DNA of 62,964 bases, counting the filler, from Stramenopiles sp. TOSAG23-3 (taxonomy: Eukaryota): assembly GCA_900128585.1 (NCBI GenBank). It is 45 parts of 45 records of this genome, joined end to end, with 100 filler letters (N's around TTAATTAATTAA, not from the genome) between each part and the next. Parts side by side here need not be neighbours in the genome. Positions count along the whole stretch, not along the records: positions 11,308 to 12,618 come from LT646061.1; positions 12,719 to 14,028 come from LT646062.1; positions 14,129 to 15,438 come from LT646063.1; positions 15,539 to 16,848 come from LT646064.1; positions 16,949 to 18,257 come from LT646065.1; positions 18,358 to 19,666 come from LT646066.1; positions 19,767 to 21,075 come from LT646067.1; positions 21,176 to 22,481 come from LT646068.1; 37 more parts are not named here. One strand, written 5' to 3'. Shown in pieces: positions 11,308 through 22,837 of this stretch. The notes below the pieces were generated by a model. That model ran no database searches. It was not told the origin of the DNA and saw nothing but the letters and a program-made list of their open reading frames with translations. The position numbers and the translations under genes are program-made. Within the stretch, counting starts at the first letter, position 1, and each line of letters opens with the position of its first letter.

Positions 11308-11982
11308 CGGTGGGTTGCGCTTGCGGGCAACCCCTGCTGCCCGTTGCCGAAGCTGGGCCCAGTGGACAAGGGGTTGGTAAAGCAGTTCAGCCATGCCAAT
11401 TCCAAGTTGGTTGAAAAGATTGGAAAAGGGGCCTCCGGCGATGTGTGGGCACTGCGGTGCGGCGAGGCGGACTACGCCCTTAAGCTCTACACCAGCCAAG
11501 CGGTTGGCAGCGACGGTGCACCAGTTAACGAGCTTCACATGCTGGCCCACGGTAGGACTCACCCGGGGCTGGTGCCGCTGGCTGGGGTGTGGATTGGGGA
11601 GGACGGGCAGATCGGAGGCGTGGTATTGCAGCGACTGCGTGGCTTCTCGGCTATCGGACAGCCACCCAACTTTGACACGGTGACCCGCGACGTGTATCCG
11701 GCCCGGTTTTCGCGCGCCGAGGCGGAACGGTACGTCGCAGAGGTGACAGCGACACTAGCCGCGCTGCATGGGCGTCAGCTAATCCATGGCGACGTATACA
11801 GCCACAATGTCCTTGCGGCGCAGCAGACTTTGGCAGGGGCGACGCCGCCCCACGCACTGCTCAGCGATTTGGGCGCAACGTTTTGGGTAGAGGACTCGGC
11901 GATGTTCGCACGGTTCCAGGCGATCGAGCTGCGGGCCTTGGCATTGTTCCGGGAGGAGGTGATGGGCAACATTACGAAGTGA
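11308..11982 (+). CDS. LRR-associated protein kinase of the bacterial-type LRR-kinase family, C-terminal part
   Basis: LRR cap WVALAGNP, IGKGASGDVW, ALK, SDGAPVNE, PPNFDTVTRDVY, HGDVYSHN, SDLGAT. Confidence 0.8.
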   Translation, partial: RWVALAGNPCCPLPKLGPVDKGLVKQFSHANSKLVEKIGKGASGDVWALRCGEADYALKLYTSQAVGSDGAPVNELHMLAHGRTHPGLVPLAGVWIGEDGQIGGVVLQRLRGFSAIGQPPNFDTVTRDVYPARFSRAEAERYVAEVTATLAALHGRQLIHGDVYSHNVLAAQQTLAGATPPHALLSDLGATFWVEDSAMFARFQAIELRALALFREEVMGNITK

Positions 11983-12229
11983 CAAAGAGTATTACTGATT
12001 AGTAAAATCACAGGAGCAGAGATAAGTTCGCAGTATATGAAGGAACGTAAACATTTACTGGACAAATGGAGTAGATTCGCTTTCGTGGTATGATATGTGA
12101 AGAAGATAAATTTTAATTACAAAGAGTTGCTTTGTACAAAAAAAACGAATGATGTATGCATAGTACATAAATTATTAAATAAATTAAAAAAATATTTTTA
12201 GATGTAAGTTTATCGCTCATTTTATAAAT

Positions 12230-12618
12230 CTACTGACTTTTATTTTTCACTGGCAGGCCACCCTGAACAAGAAACAATTGGAAGTTTCCAAAGTCCCAAT
12301 AAAAAGTGGAGTAGTAGAGTATAATGCTAGCAACACTTGTGTACTGCGCCAAGACACGGTACTCATGGATCAACGTGTCCTTCGTGTAGTCGCTGAAGTC
12401 ACTGACCATCATCCCTCCTACTGGCAAGTAAAGGAAGGCCGAGAGCACGAACATGGCGCCAAACAATTGTTTGTACTTGACTGAACTCTTTAGCGTGATC
12501 CACCTGCTCTGCTGCAGCCGAGTCAGCTCTTTGGATTCGTACTGCGGCTCGTACTTCAACAGGATCATGTAGATGTTCGTCATGAAAAACAAATAAAGAC
12601 CACTAGTCACAAAGAAGG
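12230..12618 (-). CDS. Frag1/DRAM/Sfk1-family membrane protein, C-terminal part
   Basis: Hydrophobic helices ending QYTSVASIILYYSTFYWDF, similar to the family's last transmembrane motif. Confidence 0.6.
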
Positions 12619-12718
12619 NNNNNNNNNNNNNNNNNNNNNNNNNNNNNNNNNNNNNNNNNNNNTTAATTAATTAANNNNNNNNNNNNNNNNNNNNNNNNNN
12701 NNNNNNNNNNNNNNNNNN

Positions 12719-13339
12719 TTCCTTGTGGTTATAAGGTGGATTCGCCTCCCCTGTCCTCCTTGCATACGCGCACAAGGCATTGTAGTTCTGGTTCCAAACG
12801 TACTCAACTGGACACTTGGTGTTCCCAGTCTCCATGCTCTTGTCGATCTGGTCGCGCGTTCCCGTGCCGCAGGCCACTTGAATTTGCGGCCTTGGGGCTT
12901 TCTTGAGCGTTTTAACAATCGCCTGAATCGCTGTTTCTAGTTCCTTTTCGATTTTGTCCAAGCAATGTGCCCACCGAAGAAACCGCGCGGCAGCTTCCCG
13001 TAGAAGGCAGGAAAGGTCTCGTCTAGCATAGTACTCTTCTTCAGCACCATTCTCTTTGTGCCTGTACACCTCCGTGAAGTCCTCCTTCAAGTCCCTCGAA
13101 AGCCCGAGGCGGCTGGCCGCGTCCTTGAGTTTTGTAACTAGGTCCTTGGGTTTCAGCTCCGGTTTTGCTTTGCCACACATGTAGGAGAACATTTCCAATG
13201 CAATGGTTAATTTCTCACTGTCCTCCCGCCCTCGTGCGTCCTCCAGTCGCGCCCAGAGAGTCAGGGAAGTGTCCAAGGGAGAGTCTAAGGGAGTGCCCGG
13301 GGGCAAAGCATTAGCAAGGTTCGCAGCAGCGAGAGACAT
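12719..13339 (-). CDS. Hypothetical protein, N-terminal part
   Basis: AAAATG start and about 207 open codons to the contig edge; no recognised motif. Confidence 0.6.
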
Positions 13340-13917
13340 TTTTATACACGAAAAATGAGCAAGCGCGAGTGGATGGATTCGTTGAGGCTTTGTGAAAGAA
13401 TGAAGACGGTAGGCGGTATTCTGCACCCCAGTCGGCTGTGCATTTATTTTTTTGTACAGACAGTGCGGCCAAAGAGGCATTCTCGTTTGGCACACACGCA
13501 CACCCCCTTCCCGCAGGTTGGTTTGTTTGGTTCCATTACCTGTAGTATTTTATTATATAATATGTATTTTTTATAAAAGGTACCAACAAACCTACCTTCC
13601 TGGATGGTATTGTACGTATTGATTATGTATTTGGACTACATTTATTTATTTATTTAAGAGTACCGGGTATTAAATAATGGAGAGGATGATGGTTAGTTTA
13701 TTATTATACGATCACACCATCACACCTCCCTTAGGTGTGTCCCTCACTCAAGTGTCAAGTGTGCCCACCCATATATTTATTTATTATTTACCTCCCTCAG
13801 GTGGTATAAATATGCCCATATGATTCAGGTGGGTTATAATTTAGAATTAATATATTGCAATATAAGGTGGGTAACATATAAACATATAAATTACTACTTA
13901 AAATGAATTAAGACTTC

Positions 13918-14028
13918 CCTCTCTTTCCTTCTCTCTCTTTCTCTTTCCTTCTCTTTCCTTCTCTTTCCTTCTTTTTCATTCTCTTTCCTTCTCTTTCCTT
14001 CTCTTTCCTTCTCTTTCCTTCTCTTTCC
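13918..14028 (+). repeat. (CTCTTTCCTT)n simple repeat
   Basis: 10-nt tandem units at the contig end. Confidence 0.9.
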
Positions 14029-14128
14029 NNNNNNNNNNNNNNNNNNNNNNNNNNNNNNNNNNNNNNNNNNNNTTAATTAATTAANNNNNNNNNNNNNNNN
14101 NNNNNNNNNNNNNNNNNNNNNNNNNNNN

Positions 14129-15016
14129 GAAAAGACCGTGCACCGGTACCTTTACGTCGTGGGAAAGGAGTACGAAGATACCCCGTACCACAATGCACTC
14201 CATGGTGCTGACGTAATGCAGAGTGTCTGCGCAGCTTTGGTTAACGCGGCGCCCCTTCTGGATGCACTGTCCAACGAATCCGTGTTTGCCGCTTTGATAG
14301 CCGCAGCAGTCCATGATGTTGGCCATTTCGGGCGAACGAACAATTTCTTGATAAACACACATCACCGCCTGGCTATGGTGTACAACGACCAGTCTGTTCT
14401 GGAGAACTACCACGTTGCAAGGGCAATGGAACTTATGCAACAGAAGAATTGCAACATCTTGGGTTGTTTTGCCGACCAGTCCGAGCGGAAAAAGATCCGA
14501 AAGATTCTGATACATTGTGTGCTTCACACGGACATGGCAAAGCACATGGACACGCTGGCAAGGTTGGACACCGATCTGTCGGGCAAAGGGGTCAACGCCG
14601 TCGCGCCCGAGGAGCACGTCAGGTGCCTCGGCCTCTTGCTTCACTGCTGTGACGTGGGAAACCCCGCCAAGAATTGGCCAATATACCTCGAGTGGACGGA
14701 CCGTGTTATGCAAGAGTTCAACGCCGAGTACGACGAAGAAACGGAATTGCATATTCCCCACGGGTTTTTCAACCCAGCGAAGCCGCTGCCAGAATTTCAA
14801 CTTGGGTTTGTCAACTTTGTCGTTAAACGATTGTACCAGAGCGTAAACAAGATTGAGGGGATTGACTTATCCCGGCCCCTGTTTCATTTACATAGGAACG
14901 TGCAGCAGTGGAAATTGCAAATAGTAGGACGCACAATCCGGTCAAGGTCGACGGCCGAAGAGAGAAGAGAGAGAAGGAATTCTGGGAAAGTGCTGCTCGC
15001 TGATGCCTACAAATGA
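14129..15016 (+). CDS. Class I 3',5'-cyclic nucleotide phosphodiesterase catalytic domain
   Basis: PYHNALHGADV, HDVGHFGRTNNF, YNDQSVLENYH, TDM, CDVGNP, EFQLGF. Confidence 0.97.
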   Translation, partial: EKTVHRYLYVVGKEYEDTPYHNALHGADVMQSVCAALVNAAPLLDALSNESVFAALIAAAVHDVGHFGRTNNFLINTHHRLAMVYNDQSVLENYHVARAMELMQQKNCNILGCFADQSERKKIRKILIHCVLHTDMAKHMDTLARLDTDLSGKGVNAVAPEEHVRCLGLLLHCCDVGNPAKNWPIYLEWTDRVMQEFNAEYDEETELHIPHGFFNPAKPLPEFQLGFVNFVVKRLYQSVNKIEGIDLSRPLFHLHRNVQQWKLQIVGRTIRSRSTAEERRERRNSGKVLLADAYK

Positions 15017-15538
15017 AAGCGCGCGAGGATTGGCCCAAAAAGAGGGAGAGAGAAACATACTGACATATACACACACGAAAATTAATTTATTCTTTGAGTT
15101 TAGTAACAAATTTCTTTAATAAAATAACAGCCAATTTTCTTGTTTTTTAAAATTACTCTTCGTGCACTCTCAAATTATTTTTTTAAAGAGTACACAAAAG
15201 TAAGAACAAGTAAAATGTGTTTCTCCCCACGTTTAGTTCTTAAATTACGCACACCGACTAAATCGACCCTCCCCCGACACCTCAATTCACAAATGACAAG
15301 TCCTTGACTGGTGTACGCGACAGACAACGAGTACCACCCTTAAAACATTCACGCCGCAGCTTGGAAAACCACACAAGGACTGATTCACTTACGAGTGAGC
15401 CATCGGCCTGAGCATGATAATCAAGACTAAGTGACAAGNNNNNNNNNNNNNNNNNNNNNNNNNNNNNNNNNNNNNNNNNNNNTTAATTAATTAANNNNNN
15501 NNNNNNNNNNNNNNNNNNNNNNNNNNNNNNNNNNNNNN

Positions 15539-15772
15539 AAGAGAGGGACATTGTTGAAGTCGAAAAAGGGGCCTCGACCCAAAAGCGCCAGCAGCGTTCG
15601 CTCAAAGCAAAAATTGCAGAAAAGTAGGGACTGGGATATTGTTAACTATGGAAGATTAAAACCAGAAGATAGCCTTCGATTGCGCAACCAGGCGTTTGAA
15701 GAGTACAAAGCTACCTACAATGATTCTTTGGTCCCGATGATGAGCCCTACAGTTATAATCCAATCCAAGTGA
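15539..15772 (+). CDS. 3' end of an unknown protein
   Basis: Open frame from the contig edge to TGA. Confidence 0.45.
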   Translation, partial: KRGTLLKSKKGPRPKSASSVRSKQKLQKSRDWDIVNYGRLKPEDSLRLRNQAFEEYKATYNDSLVPMMSPTVIIQSK

Positions 15773-16271
15773 TATCTCCTCCTCGTATCAGATGTCCGTT
15801 ATACCTACGGGTACCGATATAACCAGGTACCAGGTACCAGGTACAGAAGAATCTGATAACAACAGAGGAAAACCTTGGTGATATTTAGCTGATAGCAAGA
15901 CGACTAATTATTTAGTCGTCTATTATGGCTTGTCTTTTTTAAAAAAAAATTTGTTGCGGTCTTCGGTGGTTACAACAAAATGTGTCCGTCGTCGATCTTT
16001 TTTTAAATTTCATATACGTATCCGTACATGTTAAGTAATACCTTATTTATACGCGTTTACAATACATCTTATGTATGCACTACATGAGTTCATTCATTTT
16101 GGGAAACAAACATAAACGGAATTATTCCATCATTTCTGAAAACATTTTGAACGATGAATTGTATTGAACGAATTAGGATCATTGTTGTCATATTTTTGAT
16201 AGCGGAAGAGGCACCTGTTTCTCATTACATCATCGATTAGCTGTAAAAACGAACAATAATTCTCTGTACAG

Positions 16272-16760
16272 ATGGGCTCAGGCTGCTCAGCACCGGGCAC
16301 GGGGATAAAGAATATCAATCCAACGGTAGTGCATGGCAAAACCGTAGAAGGCACGGACTTGCAAATCCAACAAATGATGGCATTGTCAGAAGACGGATCT
16401 AATTTTAAAGTGAAAGTGGAGGTAATCGAAGGTCCGCACAAAGGAGAGCATCATGTATTTCTTCTGCATCCCGGAAAAGACTCGTTTAAAATCGGCTCAG
16501 ATGATGAAGAGTGCAATTTGGTGCTCGAGAAAGACGACGAAGTATCAGGCGAACATGGAAAAATTGTTTTCAACGGAGCGGGTCATATCTACTACTACGA
16601 TTTAGAATCCACCAATGGTAGTTGGGTCAATGATAAGAAAGTGGAAGAGGGAAAACGGTTCCACGATCCCATCCTCTCAGGGCATGTTATCAAGCTAGGC
16701 GAAAACACAAAACTCGGAATATTTGAGACCGACCTAAACGGAATCGAACAGGAAAATTAA
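16272..16760 (+). CDS. Small FHA-domain protein with predicted N-terminal acylation
   Basis: MGSGCS start; FHA motifs KIGS, VSGEHG, DLESTNGSWVN, IKLG. Confidence 0.85.
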   Translation: MGSGCSAPGTGIKNINPTVVHGKTVEGTDLQIQQMMALSEDGSNFKVKVEVIEGPHKGEHHVFLLHPGKDSFKIGSDDEECNLVLEKDDEVSGEHGKIVFNGAGHIYYYDLESTNGSWVNDKKVEEGKRFHDPILSGHVIKLGENTKLGIFETDLNGIEQEN

Positions 16761-16948
16761 ATTCGCGCTCTCGCTTCAATATTTGAAGACAAAAAACCCA
16801 AGATGTATACGTAGTTTTAAGTAAAAAATCACAATGCATACTTCGTAANNNNNNNNNNNNNNNNNNNNNNNNNNNNNNNNNNNNNNNNNNNNTTAATTAA
16901 TTAANNNNNNNNNNNNNNNNNNNNNNNNNNNNNNNNNNNNNNNNNNNN

Positions 16949-17976
16949 CCCCCCCCCCCCCCCCCCCTTCGCGCCTCCCTGTCCTGGGTGTATATACTGT
17001 ACAATTCCCCCATTATCTTCGTTGCGTTGCTCATGTTCGGCTCGGTCCCCTCCTCCATGTAAAAACTGCAGGTGATGTACTGCTGCAGGGCGTAGACGAG
17101 GGACTGAAAGCGGGCTGGGGCCAGGGCCCGGTACCAGTTCTTCAGGACGGCCTTCCCCGCGCCGGGGAGCTGGTCCAACACAATGTACAGGCGGCCGAAA
17201 AAGTCGTGGTACTCTGGGTCGCTCCGCAGCGGGTTCATCGCCATCAAAAACAGCCCTCGGAGGTCCCAAGGGTCCTCCCACTCCTTCATGGAGGGGACCA
17301 GGGTCTTCACCCAGAGCTCCATCTCGCTCACCCGAAGGTACAGGCCCATCATGACCGCGTTCTGGGCCGCCTCGTGCGTCCGCATGCGCGCGTAGACCGC
17401 GTCGAGGGCGTCGAAGTTGACGGCGTGGTGCCGGTGCGAGCAGAGCTCCCCCTCGGCGTAGAAGCTCCCGTCCAGGCTCTCGCGCTTGGAGAACGTTTGG
17501 GTCAGCTCTCGGACGACCGCGCCGTTGGCCAGGACGGCATCGAAGCCCTCCACGCCCTGGACCCCGTTCGACCGTTTGCTCAGGGCGAGCTGCGCCGCCG
17601 GGGTCGGCGGCGGGCTGGACTCCAGCTCCTGCCGTTTCCTCACCCGGAGCGGCGACGTGTCCGAGGACGCGGGGCGCTTCGACGCCGACCCGCTCCCCGT
17701 CTGGTCCGGCGGCGAAAGGGTGACCGCAGCGGGGGCGGGGGCCACCGGCACGACCTCTTTCGTGCCGTTGTCGGCCGCGCGCTTTCCCGCGGCCACGCTC
17801 TGCAGCGCTTTCGCTGCGGCCTCGTTCGTCCCCATCCCGCTTTCAACGTTCTGCCTGAAAAGTTCCGTAAACAGCGCCTTCGCGTCCTGCGCGCCCCCTG
17901 AGGCAGCTGCACTCCCACTGTTGATGTTGTTGTTGCTGCTGCTGCTGCCATCGGCGCCTCCCCCACCCTCCATCAT
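16949..17976 (-). CDS. UBE3A/HECTD2-like HECT E3 ligase, region N-terminal to the HECT domain
   Basis: LRGLFLMAMNPLRSDPEY...LDQLP...LKNWY...LQQYIT resembles the pre-HECT helical region; the HECT domain itself is outside the contig. Confidence 0.65.
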
Positions 17977-18357
17977 CGTTCCCTAGTGAAATCAACGAGT
18001 GCGGTGTGCGTGTCTGCGTCTTCGTGCGTGTGTGTATGTATGTGGATTGTTTTTCAAAAAACGACTATAGTACTCTTGCTCTTCGAAGAAGTTCGAAGAC
18101 GAAGAAAAAGAAAAAGGGAGGAGATATAGAAAGGGGATGAGCGATGAAAAGTGATTCATAAATGAATTTTAAACTTAATCTATTCCTTTAAGTAATGATA
18201 GATTTCCTTCTATTTCAATTTCTTCTTCTCTACTATTTTTTTATCTTCTTTCTATAANNNNNNNNNNNNNNNNNNNNNNNNNNNNNNNNNNNNNNNNNNN
18301 NTTAATTAATTAANNNNNNNNNNNNNNNNNNNNNNNNNNNNNNNNNNNNNNNNNNNN

Positions 18358-19219
18358 TCTCAGTCTCTGGGGAAGGTTCCCACGGGTCGTACATGCATTG
18401 AATGACGTCGCCAGTGCTCAAAGTAATGTTGAGGGACTTGTCCAACGCTGCAATCGACCCAGTAACGACCGGGCCCGTCGGCGGGCGCATGGTAAGCTGC
18501 GGGGCCGTGTTTTGGATTTTTAAATCGTATTCCCCGCTGCCGTACTTGCTTTGGATTTCAATGCCGCGCCATACGCCCAGCAATTCTGGCGACAGACCGC
18601 AGGCGTCTTGGCACTGGTACTTTTGTTGGCACGTTGACCCGTGGCAAGTCCATGGTCCCGGGCCAGAGATTTGGCAGTAGCTGTTCGGGCAGTCGCTGTT
18701 CTTCGTGCAGTAACTGTTTGGGCAGGTGTTGCACTGCAGCGTCTTCGGGTCGCACTGGAACAGGTCTTGGGGAACGGAGCATGCCTTCGAGCAGTCCGTC
18801 CCGTTGCCGTATTTCGTACACCCAGGGTCGGTCGCATTCTTGCACTCCGCGCACGTGCCGGAGCTCCAGTCGCATTTGAAGTACTTTTCCACCTTGCACC
18901 CGGCCTCGCAGTTGGCTTTGGTATCGCCTTCGCCTGGCGCAGCAAGAACGCACTGGCCTTTGCTAGCGTCGCACGTGTAACCGCGAACGCATTGTTTCGT
19001 TTGGTAAAGGTTGTCGCAGGTCCATGGAGCATCTCGTTGGTCACCACACCTAGCACCGACAGTTCCGTTGGCGTACACGACAGGAGTCGGGGAGCACCAG
19101 CCACAGAAGGCGTGGGAGAGGCAGTCCCCACACGTGGCGTACTGACTGCACTGATTTTCGTACGCACTGGCAGCCCCGAAGACCACGGACAGGAGAACTA
19201 AGACACGGAATGGGCTCAT
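18358..19219 (-). CDS. Secreted cysteine-rich protein with a PSI-like domain, partial
   Basis: Signal peptide MSPFRVLVLLSVVFGAASA; CSQYATCGDCL...CGWC; repeated (Y/F)xC...C...C modules. Confidence 0.8.
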
Positions 19220-19440
19220 TGTTTTTGTTGTTGCTGTTGTAAAAAATAATATAAACTGAAATGTCAATATAATCGATTGGGTAATATTTTGTAAGCTAGA
19301 CCTACCATTTATCTTTTAAATGTTTACCATCAATTAATACAGAGACCATATACAACTGGACCGATGTGGGGTTGCTTGTTTTACATTTTAGAAGATGGGT
19401 GAACAACAACCAATCGAACGTGTGTTCACTGTCGTCACAT

Positions 19441-19666
19441 CTTCTTCTTTCTTTTCTTCTTTCTTTCTTTCTTTCTTCTTCTTTCTTTCTTCTTTCTTCT
19501 TTCTTCTTTCTTCTTTCTTCTTTCTTCTTTCTTCTTTTCTCTTTCTTCTTTCTTCTCTCTTCTTTCTTCTTTCTTCTTTCTTCTTTCTTCTTTCTTCTTC
19601 TTTCTTTCTTCTTTCTTCTTTCTTCTTTCTTCTTTCTTCTTTCTTCTTTCTTCTTTCTTCTTTCTT
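19441..19666 (+). repeat. CTT/CTTT pyrimidine microsatellite
   Basis: Directly visible. Confidence 0.95.
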
Positions 19667-19898
19667 NNNNNNNNNNNNNNNNNNNNNNNNNNNNNNNNNN
19701 NNNNNNNNNNTTAATTAATTAANNNNNNNNNNNNNNNNNNNNNNNNNNNNNNNNNNNNNNNNNNNNAATGATCTTTCCAACGATAAGCTAACAGGATTTT
19801 GCAAATATACGAAGACTACGCTTCCCGAAACGAGCGAAAAGGACGAACAGCACTGTGAACTATCTGGTCGTTGTACCGGCTAGCGTTTTTACTATGAA

Positions 19899-21075
19899 AT
19901 GAGTGCGGACAAGGTGACCATTACATTTAAAGGTGGGGAGGATTTCGGGTTTGGGATTGAAGAAATAAGTGGGGATGATGGCATGTACTGCGCCGTTGGT
20001 TCCATAAAGAGGGGTTCCCAAGCAGCGCAAGCGTTCGTTAAAAAAGGCTGGGTAATTTCTCGGGTGAACGAGGAGCTATTGATAGGAATGCTAAAATCGG
20101 ATATTGTGTCTGCTTTAGAACAAGAAAACAGCGTCTGCGAAAGCGTAAAGATTGAGTTCTGGAAACCGTCTCACGAGGAACACCCTTACTCACAGCACTA
20201 CCACCTTCGTGACGAAGGGCACGTGGTGGGCTTTGCCCTTGAAGACGAGGACACCGAGCTGCCATGCACCCTTTCGTACTGCTACGGGAACAGAGAGAAC
20301 TTCATGGTAGTCTCGGACGCACAGGAGTCCCCGTACGCGAAGAAAACAGGACTTCGAAGGGGACACTGCTTAAGTGGAATCGGAAGCCACAATGTTTTCA
20401 ACGACGACGAGGCTACCATTCGAGCGCTGATAAAGGATCATGCCCGTCCGGTTCAGTTAGCTTTCCTTAGCGTCAACCACTCCTTCCATCCCTACACAAG
20501 GCTGCGTGGAAAGATGCCATCTGTGGAGGTACTGCAGAGTGTCTTTTGTAAAAGCAAGTACCATTGGCAAAAAGCGAGAATTCCAGACGTTGACCGTGTT
20601 TTGGGGGCCTACAAACAAACAGTGCAATGCTTTGACGAAGGCGGATACTTGCCAATTCATTGTGCAATCCAAAACGGGGCTTCTCTTGAAGTGGTAGAGT
20701 ACCTGGCGTCGTTGCACCCAGAGTCGCTGGGGGTTTGCACGGACGATGGGGACCTGCCCCTGCATCTAGCGAGTTATTGGGGGAGGAACGGCTTGATACT
20801 TTTTTTAAGGCGTGAGTACCCCCATGCAGACAACATGAAGACCCCGTCAGGGATGACCGCCGATGACTTGGCTGCTCGAAGCATGTTTTCCGACAATGAA
20901 ACGAGGGAATTATTAAAGCAAGACATGGGTGCGGACGGAAAGGGGGGAGCCAAAGAGAAAGAAAATGTTGACGGGGAACAGGACGCCCAAGATACACCTG
21001 TACCGGATAAAGATGGGTGGCTTCCGATTCATTACGCTATCAGACGGGGCGACACCCTGGAAAATCTGAAAGCCA
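19899..21075 (+). CDS. PDZ-like plus ankyrin-repeat protein, partial
   Basis: DFGFGI...GSQAAQ...GWVISRVN (PDZ-like); GYLPIHCA, GDLPLHLA, GWLPIHYA (ankyrin). Confidence 0.85.
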
Positions 21076-21175
21076 NNNNNNNNNNNNNNNNNNNNNNNNN
21101 NNNNNNNNNNNNNNNNNNNTTAATTAATTAANNNNNNNNNNNNNNNNNNNNNNNNNNNNNNNNNNNNNNNNNNNN

Positions 21176-22481
21176 AAACGATAGAAATGCCTGCGGGGTC
21201 TATTACGGTAACCGAAATTGCGGACAATGCCGTCGAAACCGCTAAGATAAAAAACGGCTCAGTTACAAGCGCCAAAATAGAGTCTGTCGTTGCATCAAAA
21301 GTAACGCAGGGAACATTTGCAGCAGGACATTTCAATTTTAGTGGCTCGACTGTCGATGTTGGAACAGTAAACTCTGGTAAATGGAACGGTCAATCAATAG
21401 GTGATGCGTATATAGATGACGGCTTAACCATCGAAAACGGTATGATATCGAGAACCAATATTGTCGTGGAAAACGGGCATAACATTACAATTGGAAACGG
21501 TGGTACGTTGGATCTTCAAACCGGGACGTTGCTATTACGCGATGCCCAAGTCAAAGCATCAAAAATATACGGTGAACTGGAGAGCAACAATGCGATTATC
21601 GACACCATTACCATTTCGGGAGGTTCTATTGATGACACAAAAATCGGGGCTACTACTCCCAGAACAGGAAAGTTTACCGACCTAGAGGTCACGATAGGAG
21701 GCACTGTAGTTGTTCCTGATGGATCCATATCGGCTGAAAAGATCAAAAATGGGACGTTTGCGGCAGGGGCGTATTCGTTTCTGGGGTCAACCGTCACGCT
21801 TCATGGAGGTTCTATCGATGACACAATAATCGGGGCTACTACTCCCAGTACCGGGGCATTTACTGATCTTGAAGTATCTGGTGACGTGACAATATCGAAC
21901 CATGACGGAACCACCAATGGTTTGAAGCTCGGTACCGTTTTGGTAACCGCGACTGCTGAGGAGTTGAATACAGTATCCAAGATCACTGCAGACGGGCACA
22001 CGTTGATTGGACAACAATCGATGTCAGATATGAAGACGTATTTAGAAATCACTACTGAGAAAATAAGCGATCTTCTCATCACCAAGGTAGGAAATATATC
22101 TGACGGGACTTGGAATGGAAGCCCGATTACGAATGCGAAGGTCAACGATGATTTAACGATCAACGGGGGGTCTATTACCAACACCGACATTGAGATTGGT
22201 GTTGGGAGGACATTGAATGTCACAGGTGGTACACTTCTTTTGCGCGATGGTCAAATATCAGCTGCTAAAGTGTACGGAAATATAACAAGCAACAAAGCAA
22301 TAATTTCATCAGCAATGATACAGGGTGGTGAATTCAATAATATAAGGATCGGTGACGAAATACCTGCAATCTCCATTACAACATCGTTTCTGAAAGTAAA
22401 CGAAACGATAGAAATGCCTGCGGGGTCTATTACGGTAACCGAAATTGCGGACAATGCCGTCGAAACCGCTAAGATAAAAAA
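21176..22481 (+). CDS. Gly/Thr/Ile-rich beta-fibre repeat protein (tail-fibre-like); one 409-aa unit of a tandem array
   Basis: Fully open frame; IADNAVETAKIKNGSVTSAKI, GGSIDDTxIGATTP twice, GKWNG/GTWNG; first and last 79 nt of the contig identical, 1227 nt apart. Confidence 0.75.
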
Positions 22482-22581
22482 NNNNNNNNNNNNNNNNNNN
22501 NNNNNNNNNNNNNNNNNNNNNNNNNTTAATTAATTAANNNNNNNNNNNNNNNNNNNNNNNNNNNNNNNNNNNNNNNNNNNN

Positions 22582-22690
22582 TTCTTCTTCTTCTTCTTCT
22601 TCTTCTTCTTCTTCTTCTTCTTCTTCTTCTCTCTTCTCTCTTCTCTCTTCTTCTTCTTCTCTTCTTCTTCTCTTCTTCTCTTCTTTTTTT
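22582..22690 (+). repeat. (TTC)n microsatellite
   Basis: Directly visible. Confidence 0.9.
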
Positions 22691-22837
22691 TATTATCTTA
22701 CAATTTACTACAATATATTTTAAATTTTGATTTTTTGTGAAGTTTATGAATGATAATTACGTTGTATCCTCGTACAGTATACAGGTTCGTCACGGCCACG
22801 CTCTGACTACCGTTGTAATGCTGTGACGCTTTACAAG

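Noticed and set aside
15824-15845. (CCAGGTA)n heptamers, also reverse-complemented near 60579-60603
   Set aside because: Only about three units each, with no supporting structure.
19366-19722. F/L/S-rich ORFs, and similar ones at 33823-34101, 41318-41571 and 50285-50500
   Set aside because: Translations of microsatellites or low-complexity DNA.
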